64,000 nucleotides of DNA from Callorhinchus milii (taxonomy: Eukaryota). The position numbers and the translations under genes are program-made. Below are positions 1 to 12,912 of this stretch, one piece after another. The stretch spans positions 40,302,001 to 40,366,000 of the forward strand of contig NW_024704743.1 in the NCBI RefSeq assembly GCF_018977255.1, written 5' to 3'. The number at the start of each line of letters is the position of its first letter. The first letter of the stretch is position 1. The notes under the pieces were generated by a model. The model ran no database searches. It had not been told where the DNA came from and was given only the letters and a program-made list of their open reading frames with translations.

Positions 1-14
1 AATAAAACTGTTTA

Positions 15-175
15 TTCACTTCATGGTTGTTTATGCAACATCACTGTGTACAAATTCGCTCTCGTTTACCCACAAATACATCGTCAATGCACTTTACAAT
101 AAACTTTGTGAAATGCTTTGAGGCTTCTTAACAACATGATAAGGCACTTCAGCAAATGCAGGAATTATTATTATC
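15..175 (+). mobile_element. Degraded SINE 3' module with (TTA)n tail
   Basis: Matches the 3' half of full SINE copies (e.g. 47887-48210); ends aaatgcaggaattattatta. Confidence 0.7.
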
Positions 176-1861
176 ATGATTGATAACAAATTCATCAATA
201 TTTATGATTTTTTTCGATAATATCTATAAATATGGTCTTGATCTGCCTGGGGTTTCCCACCTCTCCTCACTCTTGAATGCATAATCTGACTTTTCCACTC
301 TTGGCCTCCTACACTGTTGCAGCCAAAATCACTGCATCAGGGTAACGAAAATTTCAATTTGGGCGAAAAATGAAATGTTTCACAATAGATTCAATGTGCA
401 TCTGTTAATATTCATATTCCTCTTCAAACTCATCAACTCACTGACCACAACATTTTTGAAGAAATTCCACCAGGGTCTAGATTCACTCTATTTTCTTGGC
501 ATTTTAGTGTGTCCAGAATTTGGCAAGTTGTTGAATTCATTTTTCCTCTTGAAGCTGTTTTTTCTGCCATTCTTAAAATAAATAATTTTAGGATAAATTT
601 ATTTTAAAATAAATAATTTTAAGAATTAGCATTTAAGAATTTGTCAAATTCGGGATACTCTAAATTCCTAAGAATATAGAATAAATCAAGACCTAGGTAA
701 TTTTCAGATTAAACATTTTTTTACATCTCATTCATCTTCCATACTAAGTCTCAGGAAAGACATTACACAACTGCCAATTTATTTCTATTGTCTCACCATG
801 TATGCCTTTCTCATGCCTTTGTTCTACAAATGTTGTGCATCTGATTCGTCTCTGAGATTATCTTTGTATTATGTACAGCCCTTGAAAACTTCTTTCACAC
901 TGCGTTAATGCATTAGCTGCCTCTTTGTGCATGCAATTTGTCTGTTTCGCCTCTGAAGAAGATGTATCCAATCCTTCTGTTCAAATTCTGTGGTGGGTTA
1001 GACATATGGTGTAACCCATCACTTTAGAGTTTATCCCATGAAGTGTTTTTAAGACGTCGCGATGAAGTGATAAAATGCTATATTAAATGCAAGTATTATT
1101 ATCTTCTTTCAAATCACAATTGACCTTGTGTCCATTTCCAGCATTTCCTGTCATTTAAGTGGCTTTAACCATACTGTCCCAACACATAACTTAAAATGAG
1201 TACACATATTCTTGTAACTAGCCTCAAGTATCTTTTTGGCTCAGTTGGAAGCAATTTTGGTTCTGGATCAGAAGCTATGAGTATAAGCCTCACATTGAAC
1301 CTTGAGCTCATGTGCTAGTCTGGTAGCTGATATACATGATGAGATTCAGAAAGTGTTTTCTACACAAAACATTTCAGAAGATGGAATCCCATTCTCAATG
1401 AATAATCCTTTCTGCCCTGTATTTTGTATTGTAATCACATACATAACATTTTTACAAGGTGTCTCAGCACCAAAACAAGCACCAAGGTGTATCAAATGTT
1501 ATACTTTTGCTGAAAGCCAATTCAGCCTCATAAGCTGATAAAAAAAATCAAGGGAAAGTATAGCTTTCAATAATAAAGAACATGAACTTTCAAGTCAATA
1601 ACAGCATGTATTGATATAGGATCACTTGTGTACAAAATATTTAAAGCATTTAGCAATTAAAGTAATAGAAAGAAAGTTTATATGTCTCAATTTTTAATTC
1701 TTTCTGTCTTTAAGAAATGAAGAAAATATAATAAACAGACATAATAAACGTTGCATTTGATGCTGGTTTTATCACATTATCGAGGCTTCTGAAGGTTCTT
1801 AATTTTATTGTAAATTATAATGATTGTGTATTTGTAGGGGTACCCAGCCGTCAATTTTCGC

Positions 1862-3610
1862 ACAACAACAAACAAAATTGCATTTAGATAGAACCTTTCA
1901 CTGTGAAAGGACGTCCAAAGGCGCTGGACAATGAGGGTTTTGCACCCAAGCTTTGGGTTGGGATCAAGGAGAGGTAGAGTGCAAGGGGTGGAGAAGGGAA
2001 GATGAACAAAGGGACAGTCGAAAAGGAAGGTCTTGAGATGGGCCTTAAAAGCGGCAAGGGAGAGGGCGAAGTGGAGGAGACCTGAGATGGAGGTCCAGAG
2101 GGTGGGAGGGCAGAAAGGCTGAAGGTCCGATCATCAAAAGTGGAGCAGGCAGGGCAGGGGATGTGGAACAGGTCAGTTCCTACAGAGCGGAGGGAGCGGA
2201 CAGGTTGGTGAAGCTTTTGTAGGTCACAGATAGAGGGAGGAGCAAGACCATCGAGGGCTTTGAAGGTGAGGACAAAAATCTTGAACTCAATCTGTGGGAT
2301 GGGGAGCCAGTGAAGGCAGACGAGGAAGATGGTGATTGGCTCACAAAGCTTAGTGTGGGTGAAAATCCGTCAGGAAAGGAGTGTTCTAGAGTTGAGTGCA
2401 GAGGCAGAGCGATACATGTCATCCGCATACATGTGGAAAAGAAACCTATGACTGAGGATGATATCACCAAGTGGGAGAATGTAAATATTAAAAAGGAGAG
2501 GATAGAGTCCTGGGGAACACCTCATGTGATGGTGCGAGCACTCAAGGAGAAGCCATTGGTGGAAACAAAGTGTAGATGATGGGAAAGGTAAGATCGGAAC
2601 CAGGCAAGGACAGTGCCATGAACGTGGAGAGGAGAAGAATAGAGTGGTCAACACAGACAAAGGCAGCAGAGGGATCAAGAACGACGAAGAGACAGAGAGA
2701 GCCCTGGTCAGAAATAGACAGAATGTCGGGGAAGATTTTTTGAGGATGGGGGTGATGATAGCTGTTTTTAAGGGGGTGGGAATGGTGCCAGTGGATAGAG
2801 AGAGGTTCATGATGTCATTTTGTAGGGGACAGGGAGGTGGAGTTGGGAGGTAAGTAGAGGGGTAGGGATGGGGAAGGGAACAGGTGGTAGACTTCATTTG
2901 GTAAAAATGAAGAAGAGGGGAAAACAAGGTCAAAAGTATGGAGGAAAAGATGGGTGGAAGCCAGAGGGCGAGCTCGGAAGGGTTGGCGGTAGAAAAGGCA
3001 GAGGCAGCAGAGTGCATCCGCTCAAATTTTTGGACTCGAGGAAGTCCAAATCTCACCATAATTAATAACTCTTTGCATTTGATGCAGCGCTTTTTCATGT
3101 CTTCTAGATGCCTCAAAGTGCTTCACAGAATAGACTGTTAAGTGTATATAATGTGAGTAAAATGCGACAGTCAATTGCAAACAGCAGTCCCACAAACAGT
3201 CGTGGATTGAAGTGACCAATTTTATTATTGTTTTTTTAAGAATTATTATCAGGCATGTGGAGTAAGGAAACTTGCCCAAGGTTTCGCTCTGCTGGGAATC
3301 AAACCCAGGTCTCTTGCTTGCAAGGCGAATGCTCTAACCACTGAACTACAGGACTCATATTTAGAGTTAGATGAGAGGATGAGGCAGACATGGGAAGGTA
3401 GATGGAGGAGCAGGTTTGTGGTAGAGAAGAGGAATCTGGGATTGTCCTTAGCCTCCGAAATGTTCCAAAGAAGAACAATTTAGCAGAGGCAAGCTGAGGC
3501 AAGGGCGGAATAGTGGAGGCTGAAGTCGCCCAAGATGAGGAGGCGTTCAAAACAGAGGCAAAGGGAAAATAAGAGGGTGGACATGTCAGAGAGGAAAGTG
3601 GAGGAGGCAT
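1862..3610 (-). mobile_element. Degraded, internally deleted L2 LINE, interrupted by a SINE
   Basis: (TTG)n tail at 1862; minus-strand motifs [12 protein letters not shown] and FHMYADD (ORF 2370..3116); homology to the 27-29 kb L2 resumes at ~3358. Confidence 0.85.
3058..3357 (-). mobile_element. tRNA-Ala-derived SINE, short form
   Basis: A box tagttcagtggt, B box-like ggtttgattcc, shared 3' module, TTA tail. Confidence 0.9.
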
Positions 3611-3615
3611 GTTCC

Positions 3616-3860
3616 GCAAACAGCCATAAAGCGAGTAACAAATTTTATATACGGGGAATGTTTGGTCAGGATACTGGGAGAGATTCCCTTTCTTTTCCGA
3701 ATAATGCCAATGGATCACAATCATCCACCTAAACAGGCAGATGGGATCTCAGTTCAATGTCTTATGCAAAAATTGGCACCACCACCAATATACTGCATCT
3801 CCAGCAGAGCATTGGAGTATCAGCATAGACTCTGAGCTCAGAATCCCAATTTAGGAACTT
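3616..3860 (-). mobile_element. DeuSINE-like old SINE fragment
   Basis: Reverse complement resembles the Deu-domain segment seen at 17330-17660 and 48300-48622. Confidence 0.55.
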
Positions 3861-4527
3861 ATATAAATGAATAATAAAAAAACACTATATTGTGTACTTT
3901 CAGCATTGGGCTCTGATCCTATGATCAACAGAAAGGGAGAATGAAAGTTTCACTACATGTATGTATGAAAAGGCAAGAGCAGTGGGAAACTAAATCAATG
4001 CAAGAAAAATGCAAGTTCTTTCAGGCAGATGAGAAGATGGATTGGATTATGCATCAAATGCCAAAACACTAGAGTCATGGTAACAGGCATTGCAAAGAGA
4101 GAATGCTCAGAGGAGTAAGATTATGCAGTGATCTGTGCACTTTGGAAATACAAACTGCAACAGAGGAAAAAGAATTGCAACAAACATCCTTTCTTTTATA
4201 AGCTGTGTTCTATATTGAGTCACTTTTTTCTATTGATTTGTGGCAATAATTGATATGCTAAAGATTAACTGTTCCATTAAACTTTCCTGCTGCAGCAACA
4301 CAGATTGGAGGCTGGGTGGGTGACAGTTTGCCAAGTGATAATTTTTAAGTTCTCTGAGACATTATCCTACATGAAGGGTGCTTGTATAAATGCAAGTTGT
4401 CATTATTACTGTTGCTACCAAAATAACCTAAAAACAATATAGCTATTCTCAAATTCAGATGCACATTTAAGTCAGGAGGTAAATACCTTAGTGGACTAAT
4501 TCACCCACTTGAGGATGGTGGTGGTGG

Positions 4528-4713
4528 GAGCTAAAAAGATCCAGGTCCATCTTGTTCGCCTTCCACCTTCCTGGCAATCGCATGCACATATGTCCCAAAC
4601 TACCTACATACTATGTCCCATAATCTTATTTCCTAACAGAAAACTATCTAATCTGTGTTTGAAAGAATCAACATTTCCTGCTTCAGCCATCTCCCTAGGG
4701 AGCCTGTTCCACA
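4528..4713 (-). mobile_element. CR1 LINE 3' end fragment
   Basis: Near-copy of ~6360-6547; minus strand reads ctgtggaacaggctccc (LWNRLP, CR1 ORF2 C-terminus) then 3' UTR. Confidence 0.75.
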
Positions 4714-5564
4714 GTCATGTGGCATGTTCATCTATAGTTACCTGAGGCAAACAAACCAAACTGTAACCATGTTGAATTAGGCCAGAATAATTCAAGTCCA
4801 TTTTAAAATTCTCATGTGTAGCAAAGCCATTGCGAAAAGCTTGCCAATTTTTAATGATATGTATACCACCATCCCTGTTTTTGTAATATTTTTGAGTTAA
4901 AGGTTCTGCAGCTAAATTCAGCATTTTTGATTAAATATATATACTCAGAGGTTGAATTAAAAGGAATTGCTATTATAATCAATAGATACTCTTTTATCAG
5001 CATTGTAATATTAATGTTTATTATTTTATAGAAATATTTTTAATTTCTATAATATATATTATATTGCCAACTAATAGTAAATACGTATTATTTTATTATT
5101 TATTATTTAAATTTATGCTTTATACTATTTCAAAGGATACACGTATTGTGGTGTTTTTTTTTCAATGGAACAGTCATCTCTGGACTTCTTTCCTAGGGTT
5201 TGGTGGCTGGGGTCCAATTCTCCCTCAGGACTGAATATCTCACCCTCCAGCAAATTGTTACTGTTCGCTGAGGTAGTTATTGCCATGCGGATGGAGTACA
5301 GCTGTATGAAAATGAATGCTCTATAGAGACATAAAGGACAAACAAATGAAAGTTGTAACATGGGAGTCTATAGGAACAGAAGAACAGGAGGAGGTCATTC
5401 AACCCTTTGAGCTTGTTCCATCGTAATGCAAACTATTTTGAACAAATCAGACTCCTGGGACTCTATGAATGCATTCCTTCGTCAAAGCAATTCCAATTGT
5501 GTTACTGTAGAATATGGGCTTTATATCTCACTCCTAAAATTACCAGTTTGCAATTTGAGGTGAA

Positions 5565-6065
5565 TAATAATAATCTTTGCAATTGAGTTAGCTCCATATC
5601 ATATCATCAAGATGTCTTCAAAGTACTTTACAGAATTTTACTATGAAATTTAGTGACTGTATTTGTAGGTCAACACAACAGACAAACTTCCTTCTCTTTT
5701 CAAATATTGCCATCTTCAATAATAATAATAATCCTTACAATTAATATAGTGCCTTGTCACTTTTTTGAGATGTTTCAAAGTGCTTCACAGAATATACTGT
5801 AAAGTGAATTGACTGTATATTTCATGGGCGAAACAAGGCAGTCAATTGCACACAGCAGTCACCTGCTGTCACCTGAACAAGCATCCAGGATCTTAATTTA
5901 ACTTTTCATCTGAAGCATGGCACCTCCAATAATACAGCATACCACCAGGACTGCATTGAAATGTCAGCCTAGACTAAATAGGTTCCAAGTCCCAATATGG
6001 GGCTTGAACGTACAACCTTCCTTCTGACTCAGAGATGAGTGTGCTACCAATTGAGTTAAACTGAC
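5565..6065 (-). mobile_element. Cluster of two SINE tails and a DeuSINE-like fragment
   Basis: TAA-tailed 3' modules at ~5565 and ~5720; Deu-like segment and tRNA-like head at 5870-6065. Confidence 0.65.
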
Positions 6066-6331
6066 AACAATTACCTTCTACTTTAGACAAACTGATGGGT
6101 TTTGCATGTCCTTAACTTTTACCATTAAATCACTGCTTAGGGTAATTTGCATGATAGTTATTGAACATTTCTGAGGTCCAAAATTCCACCTATTCTTAGC
6201 CCGTAAGACCATTTTATCTTAAAATTTAAGATGGCGCGGAATTGTGCAAAAAATCTTACGTGTTGCTTAATTTGGAAGTGGCTTCATTTTAAAAACTGTG
6301 TTTTCAAAATGAAGATTGAATTTTGGACAAT

Positions 6332-6770
6332 GAACATGACATAAATACATAAGAAATGCTAGACGAGAAAAGACCAAGGTCCATCTAGTTCTCCTTCCAC
6401 CTTCCTGGCAGTCGCATGCACATATGTCCCGAACTACCTTTGTACTATATCCCATAATGTTATTTCCTAAAAGAAAACTAACTAATCACTTTTGAAAGAA
6501 TCAACACTTTCTTCTGCAGCCGCCTCCCTCGGGAGCCTGTTCCACAGCTTCAATATTCACTCACTGAAATACTATTTGCATAGATTCATTCTGAATTAAC
6601 CCCCGTTCAATCGCAGGCCGTGTCCTCTGGTTTTACTATTGTGGACAAGTTGAAACAGCCTGTCATGATCTATTTTGGCTTGTCCCTTTAGAATCTTAAA
6701 GACAGAAATCATGTTGCCTTTCAATCTTCTCTTTTCCAGCGTGAACATGCCAATTTACTTAGTGGGCAAT
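6332..6770 (-). mobile_element. CR1 LINE 3' portion
   Basis: Minus strand encodes LGMFTLEKRRLKGNMISVFKILKG-like CR1 C-terminus, then LWNRLP, 3' UTR and short-repeat tail. Confidence 0.85.
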
Positions 6771-6822
6771 GTTTCGTGATCTTAAACTATGAGAATAAAT
6801 GACCTATCAAGCTAGCTGAGAC

Positions 6823-7148
6823 TAATAATAATAATAATAATAATCCTTGCATTTGATATAGCGCTTTTCACGTCGGGAGGACGTCCCAAAGCGCTTCACA
6901 GAACACACTGTAAAGTGAATTGACTGTATATTTGTGGGCGAACGCGGCAGCCAATTGCACACAGCAATGTCCCACAAACAGTCGTAGATTGAAAATGACC
7001 AATTTATTATTGTTTTTGGTTTTTGGAGGGATTATTATTAGGCGTGTGGAGTAAGGAAACTTGCCCAAGGTTTCGCCCTGCCTGGAATTGAACCCAGGAC
7101 TCTCGCTTACAAAGCGAGTGCTCTAACCACTGAGCTACAGGACTTCAC
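6823..7148 (-). mobile_element. Young tRNA-Ala-derived SINE, short form, CTCCC-loop subfamily
   Basis: Near-identical to 42934-43243 and 63258-63586; (TTA)n tail. Confidence 0.95.
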
Positions 7149-7630
7149 AGAGTAGGTGGAATAATGAGTCTCTGGTGAGCAATTCAACTCTTTGAAAGTA
7201 CTGAATTAACTTCATGGACTCCTCAGAAATGTCAAACATTCAAAACATGCTTGTCATGAAAGAATCAGCATAAATTACATCTTGCATCAGAAAAATAATT
7301 TTACAGTATAAAGTAGGTCTGCTGTACCTGCAGCTGTACTTTGTGTTACTGATGTCAAACATACCCACAAATTCATTTTTTCTGCAAGTTCAGTGATGTT
7401 TCACTTAAGCATGCATACATGAGATCTTTCTACTCAAATCTGTATTCCTTAGGTGGATAGTTTCAGCAGCAAGCTTTCCCTGATTGATAAGTAGGCAATC
7501 AAGAACACTCCTCAGCAAGATTGCTTTTTTCCGATACAGTTAACTCTTCATGAACACAGAACGAGTTTGTATCAGGATTTGTACATAATGCTGTAGGAAC
7601 AAAGAATCTATTCACAGCTACTCCAATGAA

Positions 7631-7945
7631 AATAATAATCCTTGCAATTGATATAGCACCTTATCATGCCATTGAGAAGTCCCAAAGCACTTCATAGAAT
7701 ATATTGTAAAGTGGATAGACATTATATTTTGTGGGTGAAATTGTTCGCAGCAGCATCCCACAAACAGCAATGTGATTAAATCTTTTCCTTTTTATTGAAG
7801 GGATTATTATCCTAGGAAATTATCCTAGGAAATGATCCCCCAATCGACTAACAACTGAGTTCCTACTTACTGCTAGGCAAACAGAGGCTTGTAGAGTACG
7901 GAAACTTGCCTAAGGTTTCAACCCACTCGGGCATCGAACCTGATC
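7631..7945 (-). mobile_element. SINE, long form with central block, degraded
   Basis: Tail plus cgactaacaac...cctacttactgctagg block also present at ~12130, ~46090 and ~57740. Confidence 0.75.
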
Positions 7946-7954
7946 ACTATCGGC

Positions 7955-8130
7955 TGATTGGGGGATTGTTAGACAGGACACCAGGAGAAATGCTCTTTCA
8001 CAGGATCTGTCTCCCTGAACAGATTGGTTTAACATCTCATCTGAAGATTCAGCACTTCCACCAATGCAGCACACACCCAACAATGCATTGGAGTGTCAGT
8101 CTAAACTGTGATTTCAAAGGTCAATGTGGA
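7955..8130 (-). mobile_element. DeuSINE-like fragment
   Basis: caggacaccaggagaaa...ggtttaacatctcatctgaa, reverse complement of the Deu-like segment. Confidence 0.55.
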
Positions 8131-8894
8131 GCCAGGCAGACATTGATGTGCTTGTATCCAAAAATTGCTGGGATAAAGTGTGAATTTATCTGGGGGTATT
8201 TGTGCTAGTTCCTCATATGATAACTGAAAAGATAGAAGTATTAGAATTTCCTAATATAAGGAATTGTTGATTAAAGGCAAAATGTAATCAAGTTGTCTTC
8301 AGTGGAGCTTTCAGACATTGAAACTTCAACTTGTTCTGTGAGTAGAGTTCAATTAATTAACATCCATTGAGTGTTCCAATTGCTGTTTGAGGTGTTTTGT
8401 GAGGGAGATTGGCAAAGTGTAGCAAAGATAAGGAGGTAATCAGTTCCATTTGGAATTAACTATTTTGCTGGTTGCTGTAACATGTAACGGGAGCTGGCTC
8501 TTACTTACTCAAATTCCTGAGAACCAACTTGTGCAGATTTACTTGTGGTCTTTTCACTTTTGCTGTTGCAATGTGAGATTACTTGAAATCAGTTTCAATT
8601 TTGAACTTGGAAGTCAGTCCATTCACATTAACTTTGGTTTCCAGGGAAACGTAGGCTGTTCCTGATGTGATTTTATTGCACAACTCTAGTGACTGTCCCT
8701 GCCACACAGTGATCTGGCTGGCTCCTGAAATGTCTCCCACAGGGTTTATAAATTCACAGAGGCATAACAGATGTGATGCTGGTAACCTCCAGGATAATTC
8801 AGTACCAACAATAACAATAACAACGACAACTTGCACTTATATAGATAGCATCCTTCATGCAGGGCAACATCTCAGAGGATAATTTGGACTGCAG

Positions 8895-9135
8895 CCCAAC
8901 TCTCTGGTACTTCATTCCAGAGCAGAGTCCCTCTGACTTGTTCCTCTATTCCTCTTTCAAAATCTGTCTCAAGATTATCGCTCTGCACTCACTTTTAGTC
9001 ATCTGTTGCCCCACTCACAAACACACTCTTAAGCTCCCACCTGTCCCCAGCTGACGTGGCCAAACTGCTATGTAAAGTACACCTTGAGATATGCTCCCGA
9101 TGTGAAAGATAAGACAAATAGAAATATAAGTTGTA
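8895..9135 (+). mobile_element. Old L2 3' end
   Basis: PTLW..IP..S..SFK..LK-like C-terminus followed by an L2 stem-loop tail. Confidence 0.6.
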
Positions 9136-10491
9136 TTCCTTTGTAAGTTGTAATTCCCCAAATAAAATTAGCTCTTCACTTCATGACTGCTTTTGAGACA
9201 ATGCTGTGTGCAAATTTTTGATGTGTTCATCCATAAAACAGTCACCGCGCTTTACAATGTAAAGCTTTTGGGATATCCTCTGACGTAAAAGGCACTATTC
9301 CAAATGTAAGGATTCTTCTTATTATTATCATTAGTATTACCATTAGCAGGTCTTTCACGTCTACTACTCTGCAAAGGAACACAGGAAAATAGGGGCAAAT
9401 GTTGCAGTGTTTGAAAACAATTGCCATTGACTCTCTACATTCAATCTGTCAGACACCACTGCATTCCTCAGACTGTTATTATCCTTATTTCACATTTGAT
9501 TTGAATTCATTGTAAGTAGCAGTTTAGCACAACCTCAGGGTTTTAATGTTGTGCCCAATATCGACAGATAAATTAATGGTATTCATTCTACTCTGGAACA
9601 TAGGCCGGACAAGGGAAAGCGAGAGCTCCTATTTATGTTTGTAACAATAAATCTTGTTTTTTAAAAACACAGATTAATAACTGTTAAAGCAAACTAGTGT
9701 AGCTTGACGTCATCTTTCCAGAAGGTTGCTCTAACTCCTTTCTAATACCATATAACCGGTAGATTTTGTGGTCCATTTCATTTTGCTATATTCGCAATTG
9801 GAATATTTTATTCAAAAAATAAATAACTTATACCTTGTCTTCACTTTAATGGGATAGACCCACACAATGTTTTTGCTGTTTCATCAAAATATAAGACTGC
9901 CCTCTAGGGATTCACTGAAATATGCTCAAAATACATTTGTACACTAACAATATTGTACCTAGCAATCTCTTTCAGCACCAATAGATGATTGGGACTACAT
10001 TTTCCCCAAACACACTCACACACACACCATCAACAGCCACCTGGTTCACTTAAAGCACTGTGTATTATAAATGCCATTATGTTTGTCCCTATTACTCCCA
10101 CATCTTCGAGAAAGCCGAAATGAATGTCACTTCATTTGAAGGCATTCTTCATTTGTACATTTCTTCTGATCTGTTCTGGAATCACTGATTCAGTGTCCGT
10201 AGTAACTGGAACTTTACAATATTTAGTTACTGAATGCCTCTATTCTGCTCTTATTCTCCATGTAGTGAATTAATTTGTTATTCTGCAAAGTGATATTCTG
10301 CTTTGTATAGTTAGTTTAACAAATTTGTCCCTTTGCACTTGAAAATGAGTGTAATGCTATTTTAAATTAGAAATAACAAAATGGATTAAAATATGCTTAC
10401 ATTTATTTATAAGTGTAGAGCTTAGTGTTTAGCCAACATGAACAAATTTGCTTACAAGGAGTTGAAGAATCTTTGTTGTTCACATTTATTA

Positions 10492-10830
10492 TTAATAATA
10501 ATAATTCTTTCATTTAATATAGCACCCAATCAAATTGTTGACACATCTCAAATCACTTCATATGATATACTGTAGATTGTGTATTTTTCTTAGGCGAATG
10601 CAGCAGCCAAAAAGCGCACAGCAATGTCCCACAAACAGCCGTGGAATGAGGTGACCAATTTTTGGGGGGAATTGTTGGCCAGGACTCCTTTTTCTCATTT
10701 GCTCTTTTCAAACTTAGGATCTTTATTGTCCATCTGGTAGACAAAACCTCGGTTTAATGTCTCACTTGAAGGACATCAGCTCCTCCAATGCAGCAAATCC
10801 CCATCACTGCACTGCAGTGTAAGCCTAAAC
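10492..10830 (-). mobile_element. DeuSINE-like SINE with shared 3' module
   Basis: TAA tail, 3' module, then Deu-like segment (cctcggtttaatgtctca). Confidence 0.65.
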
Positions 10831-11892
10831 AATTTAAGAAAATCTCTACTTCCCATTGCCAGACTGTTTTTTTGTTCTGAATAAACCAGGCTAATATTTC
10901 CTGAAGCAGAAAATGGCCTCATATTGTAAAGAGATTCAGTCACAAGGTTGCACTGATTTCAGTTTGCTCATCTTACAATAAACATTATGCCATAAATAAA
11001 ACTCCACGATTATTTGCTCTGTCCTGAAACATGAAACAGTGTTGCAGAATTGATTTTCTTTTAAGATTTTGTTTATAAAATGCTGCAAAATATGAAGTAG
11101 AAACTTTCCCACACAACATCCTTTCTACCTGCAAAGATTACTTGAAATCCATTTTGCCCACAAAATACAGTCAATTCACTTTTCAGTATATTCTGTGAAG
11201 CGCTATGAGATACCTTCCCACAGCTCACATCCTTCCACAGACCTTTCACATCTAGCTTCTAATCATGTCTCACAAAACAGATCAAATGTCAGGACCAGTT
11301 TAATCAGTTATACAACTTTGGTGCATAATTAAAGTATTCATTCACCAGTCCTGCTTCCAGGTGAACTACTAATCCCTTTAGATTGACATCTATTTCTGAA
11401 GGTCAGTGTATACAAAGGATTTCATCAATTGAAAGTGAAAAAACAATTATTCATAAAATATTCTTGTGATAAATATCTTATCGATCACAAAAGCAGTGCA
11501 ATTTGAACCAAGTTCCAATTAGTTTCATGAGAAAATCAGGGCCATAGTCACACAAAAATATAAGAGAAGTACAGAACATTTATTTTATTTTGGATGAAAA
11601 AAAAGGATATTCAAGCATTTGCCTAGCCACCAATTTGGCTAGTTGGAGTTGAATGGCACAATCTTATACTTGCTGATCATGATATTTGTGATATATGTTT
11701 CTAATTGGTAAAAATACTTTAATGATGAATATATTTCTCAAAGAACTACACAAATTGTAGTGTAGTGTAAGAAACTACACAATTTCTTACAAGCAGAAAG
11801 AAAAGAAGGAGACTCTAGAAGTAATGACTAATGACATGGTTAAAGAGGGATGTGTTTAAGAAAAGGGAGAGAAGGAGCTCAATAATGATGAC

Positions 11893-12280
11893 AATAATAA
11901 TAATCCTTGCATCTGTTATAGTGCGTTAACATGTCTTCAATATGTCTCAAATTGCTTCACAGAGTATACTGTCAAGTGAGTTGACTGTATATATTTTGGG
12001 CGAAACTTGGCAGCCAATTGAATAGAGCATTGTCCCATAAACAGTCATGGATTGAGTGACCAAATTATTATTGTTTTTTTTTTTGAAGGGATTATTCAAA
12101 TTGAATCCCCAGAAAAGCAATCCGCCAATCGACTAACAACCGGGTTCCTACTTACTGCTAAGTAAGCAGAAAAGCGCATGGAGCAATTAAATTTGGCCAA
12201 CATTTCACCCTGCCAGGGAATCAAACCCAGGTCCTCTTGCTTGCAAGGTTAGTGCTCTAAGCACTAACCTACAGGACTCC
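11893..12280 (-). mobile_element. tRNA-derived SINE, long form, full length
   Basis: Head ends at caggactcc on the plus strand; central block and TTA tail present. Confidence 0.9.
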
Positions 12281-12499
12281 AGCTCAAGTTCCAGAGAGTG
12301 AAGGTATAGTGGCAGAAAGTTTGGCCACTGATAGTGGGAAAAGTGGAGGACATGGGTGGAAGAATATAGCTGGAGGAGGTAGGAATGAAAGAACGAACTA
12401 AGTAAATTTTTATCCTGTCTTATTTCATTAATAAATCTCAAAGCACTTCACAAGTAATTACTGTTAGGTTTAGCAGCTGTTTTTTCTGTGTATGAACAT

Positions 12500-12912
12500 T
12501 ACAATAACAGTTTATATAGGACCTTTCATATAGGGAGGATGACTCAAAGTACTTCGCACAGTTCACAGGGAGCCTGAGCTGGGGAAGAGGGTGGTGAAAG
12601 TGACCACAAATATGGCTGAAATTTAGGTCTTACATTGGGTTTTGAATGTAGGCAGGGAGAGGGCGAGACATAGATATTCTGGGTTGTAGTTCCGGAGAGC
12701 AAGCCAGTAATGTAGAAGGCTCAACCAGTGATGGTGGGGCCTATTGGTTCAGGGGACATGAAGCAGGCCAGTTTTCACTGAGTGTTGTCAATAGGTCAAA
12801 GCAGATCACAGAGCGAGGCCATGAAGGGATTTAAATGTGAGGAAGGGGATACAACAACAACAACTTGCATTTATATAGCACCCCCCGTGCAGGATGGCGC
12901 TCCAGAGTGCTT
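12500..12912 (-). mobile_element. Old L2 3' fragment plus a tail-only L2 insertion (12851-12912)
   Basis: Purine-rich antisense L2 C-terminus; second (AAC)n tail with stem-loop. Confidence 0.6.

Noticed and set aside
573..621. 18-nt direct repeat and 16-bp palindrome
   Set aside because: A/T-only low complexity
8490..8836. Minus-strand exon ending at a gtaagt donor
   Set aside because: All frames contain stops and no convincing acceptor was found; the ORF start lies in an L2 tail
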